NCBI GenBank assembly: GCA_003223695.1
Contig: QHVY01000144.1
Coordinates: 1-29,703, forward strand
DNA: 29,703 nucleotides
Source of the DNA: Acidobacteriota bacterium
Lineage (GTDB): Bacteria; Acidobacteriota; Thermoanaerobaculia; Gp7-AA8
Direction: 5' to 3'
The notes beneath the pieces were generated by a model. That model was not told where the DNA came from, made no database searches, and saw only the letters and a program-made list of their open reading frames with translations. How positions within the stretch are numbered: the first letter of the stretch is position 1; the number at the start of each line of letters is the position of its first letter. The position numbers were made by a program, and so were the translations under genes. Of this stretch, positions 18,092 through 25,811 are shown piece after piece.

Positions 18092-18191
18092 TGTAACAGC
18101 AACGTGACAACAACTTATATTTCAATAAGATAACGCACAAATTCGGAAGCAACTGCAGACTACTACAGAACACTTGTTCGGTCAACCAGAT

Positions 18192-18719
18192 TCAGCGGAC
18201 GACCATCGACGGCACCGGGGTCAGCGCTCTACTTAGACTCACATGACCGGCCAAAGTTTCAGCCGGCTCTCCGTTGACGAGCACTCGCACACGTTTGGCC
18301 TCGACAAAATTCGCCGTAACTGTCTGCACCCCCGAGTAGATCGCCATCAACTCCTGATGGCTCCCTGTTGTCCAACCCTGGGTCAGCGTCGGTCCGCCGA
18401 GATCGACGAAGGCCGTGCCCTCGGGCAGGAGGTACGCCCCGCGAATTGTCGTATCGGCCGGAAGCAGCCGTGGAACGGCAGCGTTCGCCGAGCCCTTCAG
18501 CAGCTCGCGCATGACGAGGTCGAGCGCGGCGGCGGGATTCTGGGGAAGCGGCAGATTGCGACGTTCCGGTGCGAGTAACAGATCGGGCGATTCGTAGTAG
18601 AGCGACACCGTGCGCATCGCCACTTTGTTCTCGACGTTGAGATTGCGCGAAAGCGGCTGTTGCCGGCGGCAAGACGTTGTCAGGAGAAGCAGAGTGACAA
18701 ACGCAAAGCGGCGAATCAC
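18192..18719 (-). CDS. GerMN-domain lipoprotein
   Basis: Lipobox-like LLLTTSC, ELLKGS, AFVDL, ELMAIYSGVQTVTANF and VRVLVNGEPAETLAGH; downstream of an amidase, a common pairing. Confidence 0.85.
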   Translation of the reverse strand: MIRRFAFVTLLLLTTSCRRQQPLSRNLNVENKVAMRTVSLYYESPDLLLAPERRNLPLPQNPAAALDLVMRELLKGSANAAVPRLLPADTTIRGAYLLPEGTAFVDLGGPTLTQGWTTGSHQELMAIYSGVQTVTANFVEAKRVRVLVNGEPAETLAGHVSLSRALTPVPSMVVR

Positions 18720-20144
18720 TTCGATGCCGCCGCCGGTGCGGCCGGCCGAAGGACGCCGATACGCGTTTCGTAATCGATCTTGTAGCGCTGGATTGCAGTC
18801 GTCAGCGCGTCAATGATCATTTTCTAGAGCCGCCGGCATCGTCGCGCCGACGAGCACTTTGAATGGCGCCTGCTTCACGCCGCGATTCTGCACGCCGGTG
18901 GCTCGGTTCATCTCCTCCTGCACCGCCTGCGCGAAGCGGCTCGACTCGGCGAGATACTCCTGCTGCGCGAGGTCCCACAAGATCAGTTTTAGATCGCTGC
19001 TGCCGGCCGGCGGCAGCGGTCTCCCCGCGGCATTCTCCACCTCCGCTGCCTTCCTCGCGAGCTCGTCGGATGCTTCCAGCGAAAGAAAGTATGTCTCGGA
19101 GCCGTGCGCACCCTTGACCACGGCGGCGTTCATGTGCACCGACAGAAACAGATCGGCCTTGTACTGATTGGCGATGGCCGTCCTCTGATCAAGCGTGACC
19201 ACGCTGTCATCAGTGCGTGTGAGGATGACTCGCGTTCTCAGCCTCGTCTCGAGATTGTCTGCGAGTTTGCGGCAGAGCGTGAGCGTCGCATCCTTTTCCA
19301 TCATTCCGCCGGGCCCAATCGCACCGACTTCTTTGCCGCCGTGTCCAGGATCGATCACGATCGTGTGAATCCCCGGCGTCTCGACCGGCCTCGTGGGAAT
19401 GACGATCGTCGGCAGCGTCGAAGGTCCCGGAGCGACTTTGTGAAAGTCGAGCACGATCCGAAATGGATTCTCGAGTTTGTAGGCATCGGCGCCGGCATCC
19501 GGCGCTTTCAGATCGAGACGCAGATCGCTCGCCGAAAAAGTCGCTTTGGCGACGTACGGATCGTCGTACGACTGCGCCGCAAAGGGCGCGCGAATCTGCG
19601 TTTTAAATCGAATCGTGTACGCGCTCTGCTCCTTCGTGATCGTGTAATCCGTGGGTCCGCTGAGCGTGATCACGACTTTCGACACGCCCTGCACATTGGC
19701 CACCGACAACTGAACGCCGATGATCGTGTGCTGGGTCGGGCGCACTGTCAGGAAGCGGCTGACTGGATCCCACGACACCTCGAGGTCCGCCGCTTTGCCG
19801 AGGAATCCCTGGAAAAATTGGAGTGGGACGTAAGGGCGTCCTTCGACGATGGCGGGAGCGATTGGCATCTCGATCAGCTCATCGCGGACCACACCGAAGC
19901 GGCTGTCGGGACCGAACGCGGCGATCGTATTGTTCAAATTCGCCTTGAAGCCGGTCGCGTCTGGCGAAACGGCGCCTCCCAGCGCGGCCATGACTTCGTC
20001 CGCAGCAAACAGAGTTTGTCCATTGACGCGTGTGATCGTCACCAGGCGGTCACCCGTCGGCGTGCGAAGCGTCGCCTGATTGGGTGCCTGTGCGAGGAGA
20101 ATCGATGCGGCGGCGAGAATCAGCAGCGGAAAAAACCGCTTCAT
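18716..20144 (-). pseudogene. N-acetylmuramoyl-L-alanine amidase (Amidase_3) with a C-terminal deletion/frameshift
   Basis: The Zn-ligand motifs VIDPGHGG, EK and LSVHMNA are present. After ATMPAAL the frame shifts; the C-terminus KMIIDALTTAIQRYKIDYETRI...ASK* continues in another frame to a TGA overlapping the GerMN GTG. Confidence 0.85.
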
Positions 20145-20146
20145 AA

Positions 20147-20225
20147 CAGTGCCCAGTTCCCGGTGCCCCGTGCCCAGTCCATTGGAATCAACAACCTGGG
20201 CACTGGGTACTGGGCACCGGGCACT
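20147..20225. repeat. Heptamer-arm hairpin H4 (CAGTGCC / CTGGGCA units)
   Basis: 4+4 tandem 7-mers in inverted arms, between divergent genes. Confidence 0.9.
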
Positions 20226-20250
20226 TCGATTCTCGTATTATCGCATGCCG

Positions 20251-20835
20251 ATGACCGCTCGCTTCTCATTGATGTTGCTCGTCGTGGCTGCTTGCGGCCC
20301 AGCGAACCCGAACGGGCCGCAAGTCAGCAAAGAACCGATCAGCGTGCGCGGCTGGATTGTCGACGTCGCCGGTTCGCCGCACGCTCCCTTTCAGACGCCG
20401 GAGACCGAGGCCGCTCGTCGTCGTCAGCTCTTTCAATCGACGTACGTGGATGTCGAGAATGCTCCGTACGTGTCGGGGGGAATTGCGGAAAACGGCGCGT
20501 TCATCCTGCTCGACGTACCGCCGGGGAACATAACGATAACGTTCACCGCGCCGGGCGCGCCTGCCGCGCGACTCGTCTTGAAGAACATTCCTGGAAACGC
20601 GGACGTGTTCGTTACGGCGATGCTGCTCAAAGCCGACTCAGTCGCGCTCCTCGAGCCAAAAAATGTGAAGGTGCGCCTCGCGGCGACGATTGAGCGGCCG
20701 GCACCTGCGAACCTGACCGCAAACGTCGCCGGACTCGCGGTACCGGTGATGAATACGCCGATCGCTCAGATGGCGGACAGGCACGATTACCCGAATCCGC
20801 CGGGCGGATTGCGGCCATTAGCAACTGTGAAGTAA
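20251..20835 (+). CDS. Hypothetical lipoprotein (carboxypeptidase-regulatory-like beta domain)
   Basis: Lipobox LLVVAAC; GAFILLDVPPGNITITF. The start is ATG 20251 or 20245. Confidence 0.75.
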   Translation: MTARFSLMLLVVAACGPANPNGPQVSKEPISVRGWIVDVAGSPHAPFQTPETEAARRRQLFQSTYVDVENAPYVSGGIAENGAFILLDVPPGNITITFTAPGAPAARLVLKNIPGNADVFVTAMLLKADSVALLEPKNVKVRLAATIERPAPANLTANVAGLAVPVMNTPIAQMADRHDYPNPPGGLRPLATVK

Positions 20836-20856
20836 TGCGCGCGACCCACGAAGTGC

Positions 20857-20950
20857 AAATTTCGAATTTCGAATGAAGAATTCAGAATTAGAACAGCCTT
20901 GAGCGGATGGGCTTCTTAATTCTTAATTCTGAATTCGAAATTCGAACTTT
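20857..20950. repeat. Heptamer-arm hairpin H5 (GAATTTC / TTCTTAA / TTCGAAA units)
   Basis: Inverted tandem 7-mer arms between convergent genes; the right arm resembles those of H3a and H3b. Confidence 0.9.
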
Positions 20951-20956
20951 CTCAGG

Positions 20957-21922
20957 TCAAAGAATTAGCTCCGCGAATTTTTTCAAATCAATATTGCCAC
21001 CTGACACCACCGCGACGATCGGCCCTCCTCCCGCCCGCCCGCTCAGCGCCGCGGCGACCCCCAGCGCTCCCGCCCCTTCCGCGATCACGCGCGTCTTCTC
21101 CGCGATGAGTCGCATTGCGCGGCGCACTTCGTCGAGTGAGACCACAATCGACCCATCGACGATTCCCTGCATGCGCTCCCACATTCGCGGAAAGATGCTC
21201 TTGCCGCCGGCGCCGTCGACGAACGACGCTTGCCACTGGGTGAACACTTGCGGCGAATTTTTTTCGAATGAGAGCGCGCCCGGCGCCGCGGTCTCCGGTT
21301 CGGCGCCGAGGATTCGGACGTTCGGTGAGAGCTGGCGGATGGCGCTGCCGATTCCCGAGATCAACCCGCCGCCGCCGATCGCGGCGATGACGGTCTTCAC
21401 GTTCGGCAAGTCCTCGATGATTTCCAGGCCGAGTGTGGCGTTGCCGGCGACGAAATTGTGATCGTCGAACGGATGGATGAACGTCCCTTCCACGCCGGGA
21501 AACTCGCGCGTCTCCATCGCGCGCCAGCAAGCGTCGAACGGCGCTTTCACGATACGTGCACCGAGGTTGCGCATGCGTTCCAGTTTCGTCTCCGGAGCGG
21601 TTTCGATCGCCACGACCGTGCAGACGATTCCCGCGTCGCGCGCGGCGAAGGCGACGCCTTGACCGGCGTTGCCGGCGCTGATTGTCCAGACTCCTTTTTT
21701 GCGAGCTTCCGGCGTGAGCATCGCCACCGCATTCGCCGCGCCGCGAATCTTGAACGCGTTGATCGGCTGTAGCGTCTCCAGCTTCAACCAGATGTCCGGT
21801 GCTGTCGTGTCGTGCCGCAATTGAATGAGTGGTGTATGCACGACGAGTTTGCGCGTCCGCTCGCGCGCGGCGCGGATCTCTTCGATCGACACCGGACGGA
21901 CGGGAGGAGGGGCGACGGTCAT
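20957..21922 (-). CDS. PLP-dependent threonine/serine dehydratase-family enzyme without an ACT domain
   Basis: HTPL, LKLETLQPINAFKIRGA (PLP lysine), SAGNAGQG, IGGGGLISG, AEGAGA, VVSGGNID. The start is ATG 21922. Confidence 0.9.
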   Translation of the reverse strand: MTVAPPPVRPVSIEEIRAARERTRKLVVHTPLIQLRHDTTAPDIWLKLETLQPINAFKIRGAANAVAMLTPEARKKGVWTISAGNAGQGVAFAARDAGIVCTVVAIETAPETKLERMRNLGARIVKAPFDACWRAMETREFPGVEGTFIHPFDDHNFVAGNATLGLEIIEDLPNVKTVIAAIGGGGLISGIGSAIRQLSPNVRILGAEPETAAPGALSFEKNSPQVFTQWQASFVDGAGGKSIFPRMWERMQGIVDGSIVVSLDEVRRAMRLIAEKTRVIAEGAGALGVAAALSGRAGGGPIVAVVSGGNIDLKKFAELIL

Positions 21923-21930
21923 GGCGGGCG

Positions 21931-21936
21931 ATTGTA
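21931..21936 (-). promoter_or_regulatory. -10 hexamer (TACAAT) 8 nt before ATG 21922; putative leaderless promoter
   Basis: The minus strand reads TACAAT-cgcccgcc-ATG with no Shine-Dalgarno sequence. Confidence 0.5.
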
Positions 21937-21970
21937 TCTTTCCGGCATACCTCGTGCTCTGTAACGAAGC

Positions 21971-22675
21971 ATGGAAAATACGAATGTCAGCAATCCCGAG
22001 CGCTGGATCTCGGTGATTGGCGGAACCGCGCTCGCAGCATACGGCCTCGCTCGTCGATCGATTCCCGGAGTGCTTCTCGCCGGTATCGGCGGCATCCTTG
22101 CGTGGCGCGGCGCCACCGGACGCTGCCCGCTCTACGGCGCGCTCGGCATTTCCACCGCCGATGAAAAGGACGAGGATCGCAACGTAAGCGTGTCGTACGG
22201 ACGCGGCATTCGCGTCGAAGAGAGCGTCACCGTCAATTCCTCTCCGGAAGAGCTCTATCACTTCTGGCGAAATTTCGAGAATTTGCCGCGAATCATGTCC
22301 CATCTGCAATCCGTCAAAGTGCTCGATGACAAACGCTCGCACTGGGTCGCGAAAGGACCGATCGGAACCGATGCCGAGTGGGATGCTGAGATCATCAACG
22401 AGATTCCCAATGAGCTGATCGGCTGGCGCTCTGTCGACGGAGCAAATGTTCACAACGCCGGGTCGGTACACTTCACTCGTTCCGGCGGCAATCGCGGAAC
22501 CGATGTGAAGGTGGTGCTCCGATACGACCCGCCGGCGGGCGCGCTCGGCGCGGCGATCGCCAAGCTGTTCGGCGAAGATCCTGCGCGTCAAGTGCAGGAG
22601 GATCTCCGAGCATTCGCATTAAAATATTCGGACCGCGAAAGGGGACGCGGCACTTCTTTCGAGGAGGCTCGTTGA
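21971..22675 (+). CDS. DUF2892 + SRPBCC (polyketide cyclase/dehydrase-like) protein
   Basis: NVSNPERWISVIGG, ATGRCPLYGALGIST, FWRNFENLPRIM, SHWVAKGP, EWDAEI, GSVHF. The C-terminal tail looks atypical. Confidence 0.85.
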   Translation: MENTNVSNPERWISVIGGTALAAYGLARRSIPGVLLAGIGGILAWRGATGRCPLYGALGISTADEKDEDRNVSVSYGRGIRVEESVTVNSSPEELYHFWRNFENLPRIMSHLQSVKVLDDKRSHWVAKGPIGTDAEWDAEIINEIPNELIGWRSVDGANVHNAGSVHFTRSGGNRGTDVKVVLRYDPPAGALGAAIAKLFGEDPARQVQEDLRAFALKYSDRERGRGTSFEEAR

Positions 22676-23016
22676 TGTCTCGATCGCTGTTCGCTGCCGC
22701 CTTGCTTCTCGTCGCCTCTCCACTCATCGCTGCGCCGTTCGTGAAACGTCTCGGGCGCTGTCCGCATCAGTTCGATTTCTCCGCTGAGATCACCTCGCGC
22801 CATCCTGGAGAAGTTACAGTCCAGTGGCTCCGCAGCGACGGCGCGACCGGACCGTCCCAAAAATTGCACTTCAATCGCGGCAATGAGACACGCCGCGTCT
22901 TCGATCACTGGAGGCTCGGAAGCCGTTATCGCGGCTGGGAACAACTGCGGGTGACCGACGGCGCGGGTAACAGGAGCATGTCGCGTCGAGTGACATTCAC
23001 GAACCGCTGCCGCTGA
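22675..23016 (+). CDS. Small secreted beta-rich hypothetical protein
   Basis: GAGGAGG RBS at 22661-22667, signal peptide MSRSLFAAALLLVASPLIA, two Cys (CPHQF and terminal NRCR), WLRSDG. Confidence 0.75.
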   Translation: MSRSLFAAALLLVASPLIAAPFVKRLGRCPHQFDFSAEITSRHPGEVTVQWLRSDGATGPSQKLHFNRGNETRRVFDHWRLGSRYRGWEQLRVTDGAGNRSMSRRVTFTNRCR

Positions 23017-23063
23017 GGTGTAGGGCCGGCTTTAGCCGGCCGGCTGAAGCCGGCCCGCACACC
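23017..23063. repeat. Double-hairpin GTAG-type REP containing the stop codon of the RlmA-like gene
   Basis: ggtgtagggccggctttagccggccggctgaagccggcccgcacacc; the minus-strand TAA is at 23032-23034. Confidence 0.85.
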
Positions 23064-23844
23064 GGAACAACAGCAAGTCGAGGCTGAGATGGACAGCGGA
23101 GGGCCGCTGTCCTCCACGCGGGCGATAGCTCGCGAAGAGGATGTCCCGCGCTTCATCTGCATTCAGCTCAGCGACTGTCGTCGCGCGCTCCCGCTTCACG
23201 AGCGAGAAGAACGGCGCGAATGTCTCGATGGTCCGCGCAACGCGATCGCGTCCGCGTCTTCCGCGCAATTCGATCAGATCGTCGGGAGCGGCAACTGCGA
23301 CGAGCAGATATCCGCGTCCGACTCTCCGAAATTCTTCTGCGTTCATGCGGCCGGTGATCGAGAGGATGAGATCGAAGGATGCGTCGGCATAGGGGATGAA
23401 TCGATCGGCATTCGCCACGATCCATTCGCATTGCGGATAGCGTCGCGCCGCGAGATCGATCGCCGCGGTCGAAATGTCGATCCCGGACCCGCGGCCGAGG
23501 GAACCGAGGTAGTAACCGTCGCCGCAGCCGGCGTCGAGGATCGACTCCTCAGCATGCCCTCTCCCTTGGGAGAGGGTGGCGCGAAGCGCCGGGTGAGGGG
23601 CGACCATCGCCCGAATCGCATCAAGCAGCGGCTCGGCGTGACCGCGATCGAGAAACCGCCGCCGCGCCGCCACCGCCTCGGCAGAGTCGCCGGGATTTCG
23701 CGAGCGGCGCTCCTGCGGCTGCAGCAGATTGATATAGCCGCTGCGCGCGATGTCGAAGGAGTGACCACGCGGACAGACGACGCGCCGCTCCTCGCGCGCA
23801 AGCGGGAGGTGGCAACTGCGCACTGTGCAAAGGAGTTGCGGCAT
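23032..23844 (-). CDS. RlmA-like (23S rRNA m1G745/748) SAM-dependent methyltransferase
   Basis: N-terminal Zn-binding CTVRSC...CPRGHSFDIARSGYINLL, then GDSAE and ILDAGCGDGYY. The start is ATG 23844. Confidence 0.8.
   Translation of the reverse strand: MPQLLCTVRSCHLPLAREERRVVCPRGHSFDIARSGYINLLQPQERRSRNPGDSAEAVAARRRFLDRGHAEPLLDAIRAMVAPHPALRATLSQGRGHAEESILDAGCGDGYYLGSLGRGSGIDISTAAIDLAARRYPQCEWIVANADRFIPYADASFDLILSITGRMNAEEFRRVGRGYLLVAVAAPDDLIELRGRRGRDRVARTIETFAPFFSLVKRERATTVAELNADEARDILFASYRPRGGQRPSAVHLSLDLLLFRCAGRLQPAG
23557..23600. repeat. CCCTCTCCC-type palindromic repeat, in frame in the RlmA-like gene
   Basis: ccctctcccttgggagagggtggcgcgaagcgccgggtgagggg translates as PHPALRATLSQGRG on the minus strand. 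Same family as 26697..26797. Confidence 0.9.
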
Positions 23845-23846
23845 AG

Positions 23847-23919
23847 GTTGGCCGTTGGCTTTTGGCCGTTGGCCGTGAACATTGCCTATCGGCCAGCGGC
23901 GAATGGCGAACGGCCAACG
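23847..23919. repeat. Heptamer-arm hairpin H6 (GTTGGCC / CGGCCAA units)
   Basis: 4+4 tandem 7-mers in inverted arms between divergent genes; same unit family as H2. Confidence 0.9.
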
Positions 23920-23925
23920 TAGAAT
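23920..23925 (+). promoter_or_regulatory. -10 hexamer (TAGAAT) 6 nt before ATG 23932; putative leaderless promoter
   Basis: TAGAAT-tctccc-ATG with no Shine-Dalgarno sequence. Confidence 0.5.
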
Positions 23926-23931
23926 TCTCCC

Positions 23932-25545
23932 ATGCACCGCTCGACGCGAAGGCTCATCGCGCTGGCGATGGTTCTCGTCGCGTTCGTCACCGCCTCCGCG
24001 CTGATTTATCAGTTCGCAATGGCGCACCTCGAGGGAAAGCCGCGCACGTTCTGGGAATCGTTCGATTGGGCAGCGGGAACATTGAGCACCACCGGCTACG
24101 GCGGCGACGTCCGCTGGAGTAACCCGGAGATGGTCCTTCTCGTCGCCGCATTGCAGCTCATCGGCGTGTTCCTGATTTTCATGATCGTGCCGGTCGTCAT
24201 GATTCCGTTTCTCGAACGCCGGTTCGAGGAACGCCTCCCGCGCGAAGCGGGTGACATCGCCAATCACATCGTGATTTATCGATTCGGACCAGCGGTTGAG
24301 TCACTCATACAGCGGCTGAAAGCGGCCGCGGTGCCGTCGCTCGTCCTCGAGACCGACGAAGCCGCAGCGCGAGCGGTTCTGGAGATGGACCAGCGCGTCG
24401 TCTTCAGCCGCGCCGAAGAAGACGCGCTCGACGTGTGCCGCCTGGGCGTCGCCCGGGCGCTCGTCGCGAATGGCCGTGACGAAGAAAACGCGGCGATCGT
24501 TTTGCGCGCGCGACAGATGGGATTCCGCGGCGAGATTTTCGCCTTCGTGGAGGAGCCGGCGCATCGACGTCCGATCGAGCTCGCCGGGGCGACGTCTGCC
24601 TATACGCCGAGGCACATCGTCGCTGCCGCGCTCGCGGCGCACGCGAGCGATCGGATCAGTCCGCGCCTGCCGGGAGCGGAGTCGATCGCTGGACTGGAAC
24701 GACGAGAGCTGCGCGTCCCGGCATCGAGTCCGCTCGCCGGAAAAACGCTGGGCGAGGCGCAGATCGGATCGCGAAGCGGAGCGATCGTTGTCGGAGAATG
24801 GTCGCGAAGCCGGTTGAACGCGAGCTGCGACGGAGAGCTGCGCATCGAGCCCGGCGCGCTGCTCGAGCTCGTAGGCGATGCAGCGAGCCTCGATCGTGCG
24901 GCACAGCTCTTCGGCGCCGCGTACATGCGGCGCAAAGGCCCGTACATCGTCGCCGGCTTTGGCGAAGTCGGACGAAAGGTACATGAGCTGCTCACCGATG
25001 CCGGCGAAGAAGTGCGCGTGATCGAAAAGCAATCGATGAAAGGCGTCGACTTCGTTGGCAATGTGCTCGATCCGTCGGTACTCGAAAGCGCGGGACTTCG
25101 CGACTCGCGCGGCGTCGTACTGGCGCTCGACTCCGATGACGCCACGCTTTTCGCGACAGTGATCTGCCGCGACGCCGCGGCCGACGTGCCAGTGATCGCG
25201 CGCGTCAATCACGCGCGGAACATCGACAACATCTACCGCGCCGGCGCCGACTACGCCCTTTCGATCAGCGACATCTCCGGTGAAATGCTCTCCGCTCGCC
25301 TCCTCGGCCGCTCCCGAACGCATGAGCAACATCGCAAAATCGCCCGCATTGCGGCGAACGGCGCCGCCGGCCGGACGATCGCCGAGCTGCCGATCCGCAA
25401 GCATGGCTGCTCTGTCGTGGCGATTGCCCGGAACGGCGCGTTCATCACCCGCTTGAGCGCGCAGACGAAAATCGAACTCGGCGACGAGCTGTACGTGTGC
25501 GGCAACGCTGAGGCGCTGAAATTGCTTGAGAAGTTCACGTCATGA
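23932..25545 (+). CDS. Potassium channel family protein with TrkA-N/TrkA-C (RCK) domains
   Basis: Two TM helices around the selectivity filter TLSTTGYGG, then Rossmann motifs IVIYRFG and IVAGFGEVG with TrkA-C segments. Confidence 0.9.
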   Translation: MHRSTRRLIALAMVLVAFVTASALIYQFAMAHLEGKPRTFWESFDWAAGTLSTTGYGGDVRWSNPEMVLLVAALQLIGVFLIFMIVPVVMIPFLERRFEERLPREAGDIANHIVIYRFGPAVESLIQRLKAAAVPSLVLETDEAAARAVLEMDQRVVFSRAEEDALDVCRLGVARALVANGRDEENAAIVLRARQMGFRGEIFAFVEEPAHRRPIELAGATSAYTPRHIVAAALAAHASDRISPRLPGAESIAGLERRELRVPASSPLAGKTLGEAQIGSRSGAIVVGEWSRSRLNASCDGELRIEPGALLELVGDAASLDRAAQLFGAAYMRRKGPYIVAGFGEVGRKVHELLTDAGEEVRVIEKQSMKGVDFVGNVLDPSVLESAGLRDSRGVVLALDSDDATLFATVICRDAAADVPVIARVNHARNIDNIYRAGADYALSISDISGEMLSARLLGRSRTHEQHRKIARIAANGAAGRTIAELPIRKHGCSVVAIARNGAFITRLSAQTKIELGDELYVCGNAEALKLLEKFTS

Positions 25546-25811
25546 AAACGTCCAGCACGCACCAGGTCATCAAACGCTTGATTCCGCCGCTCGCGGTGTG
25601 GGCGGTTGGTAAGCTTCTGGAAACGCCGCGAGTCAAAGGCGCATTGCAGGAAGTCGATTCGCGCGCGTACGTGCAGAAACGAAATGCGCTGCGCACGGTG
25701 AGGCGCGCGAGCCGGAACGCGGCGTCGAATTCGGCGTGGCTCATCGCAGGCGCAGCAGCGATCGCTGTAGGAATCGGCCTGATGGCAAAGGCAGTGCGCG
25801 ACCGGAGGTGA
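25542..25811 (+). CDS. Small hypothetical protein with a C-terminal hydrophobic segment
   Basis: 89 aa; ATGA and GTGA overlaps with both neighbours. Confidence 0.65.
   Translation: MKTSSTHQVIKRLIPPLAVWAVGKLLETPRVKGALQEVDSRAYVQKRNALRTVRRASRNAASNSAWLIAGAAAIAVGIGLMAKAVRDRR

Noticed and set aside
12772-23919. Heptamer arrays or REPs as a CRISPR array
   Set aside because: There are no 23-47 nt repeats separated by unique spacers of regular length, and no cas genes.
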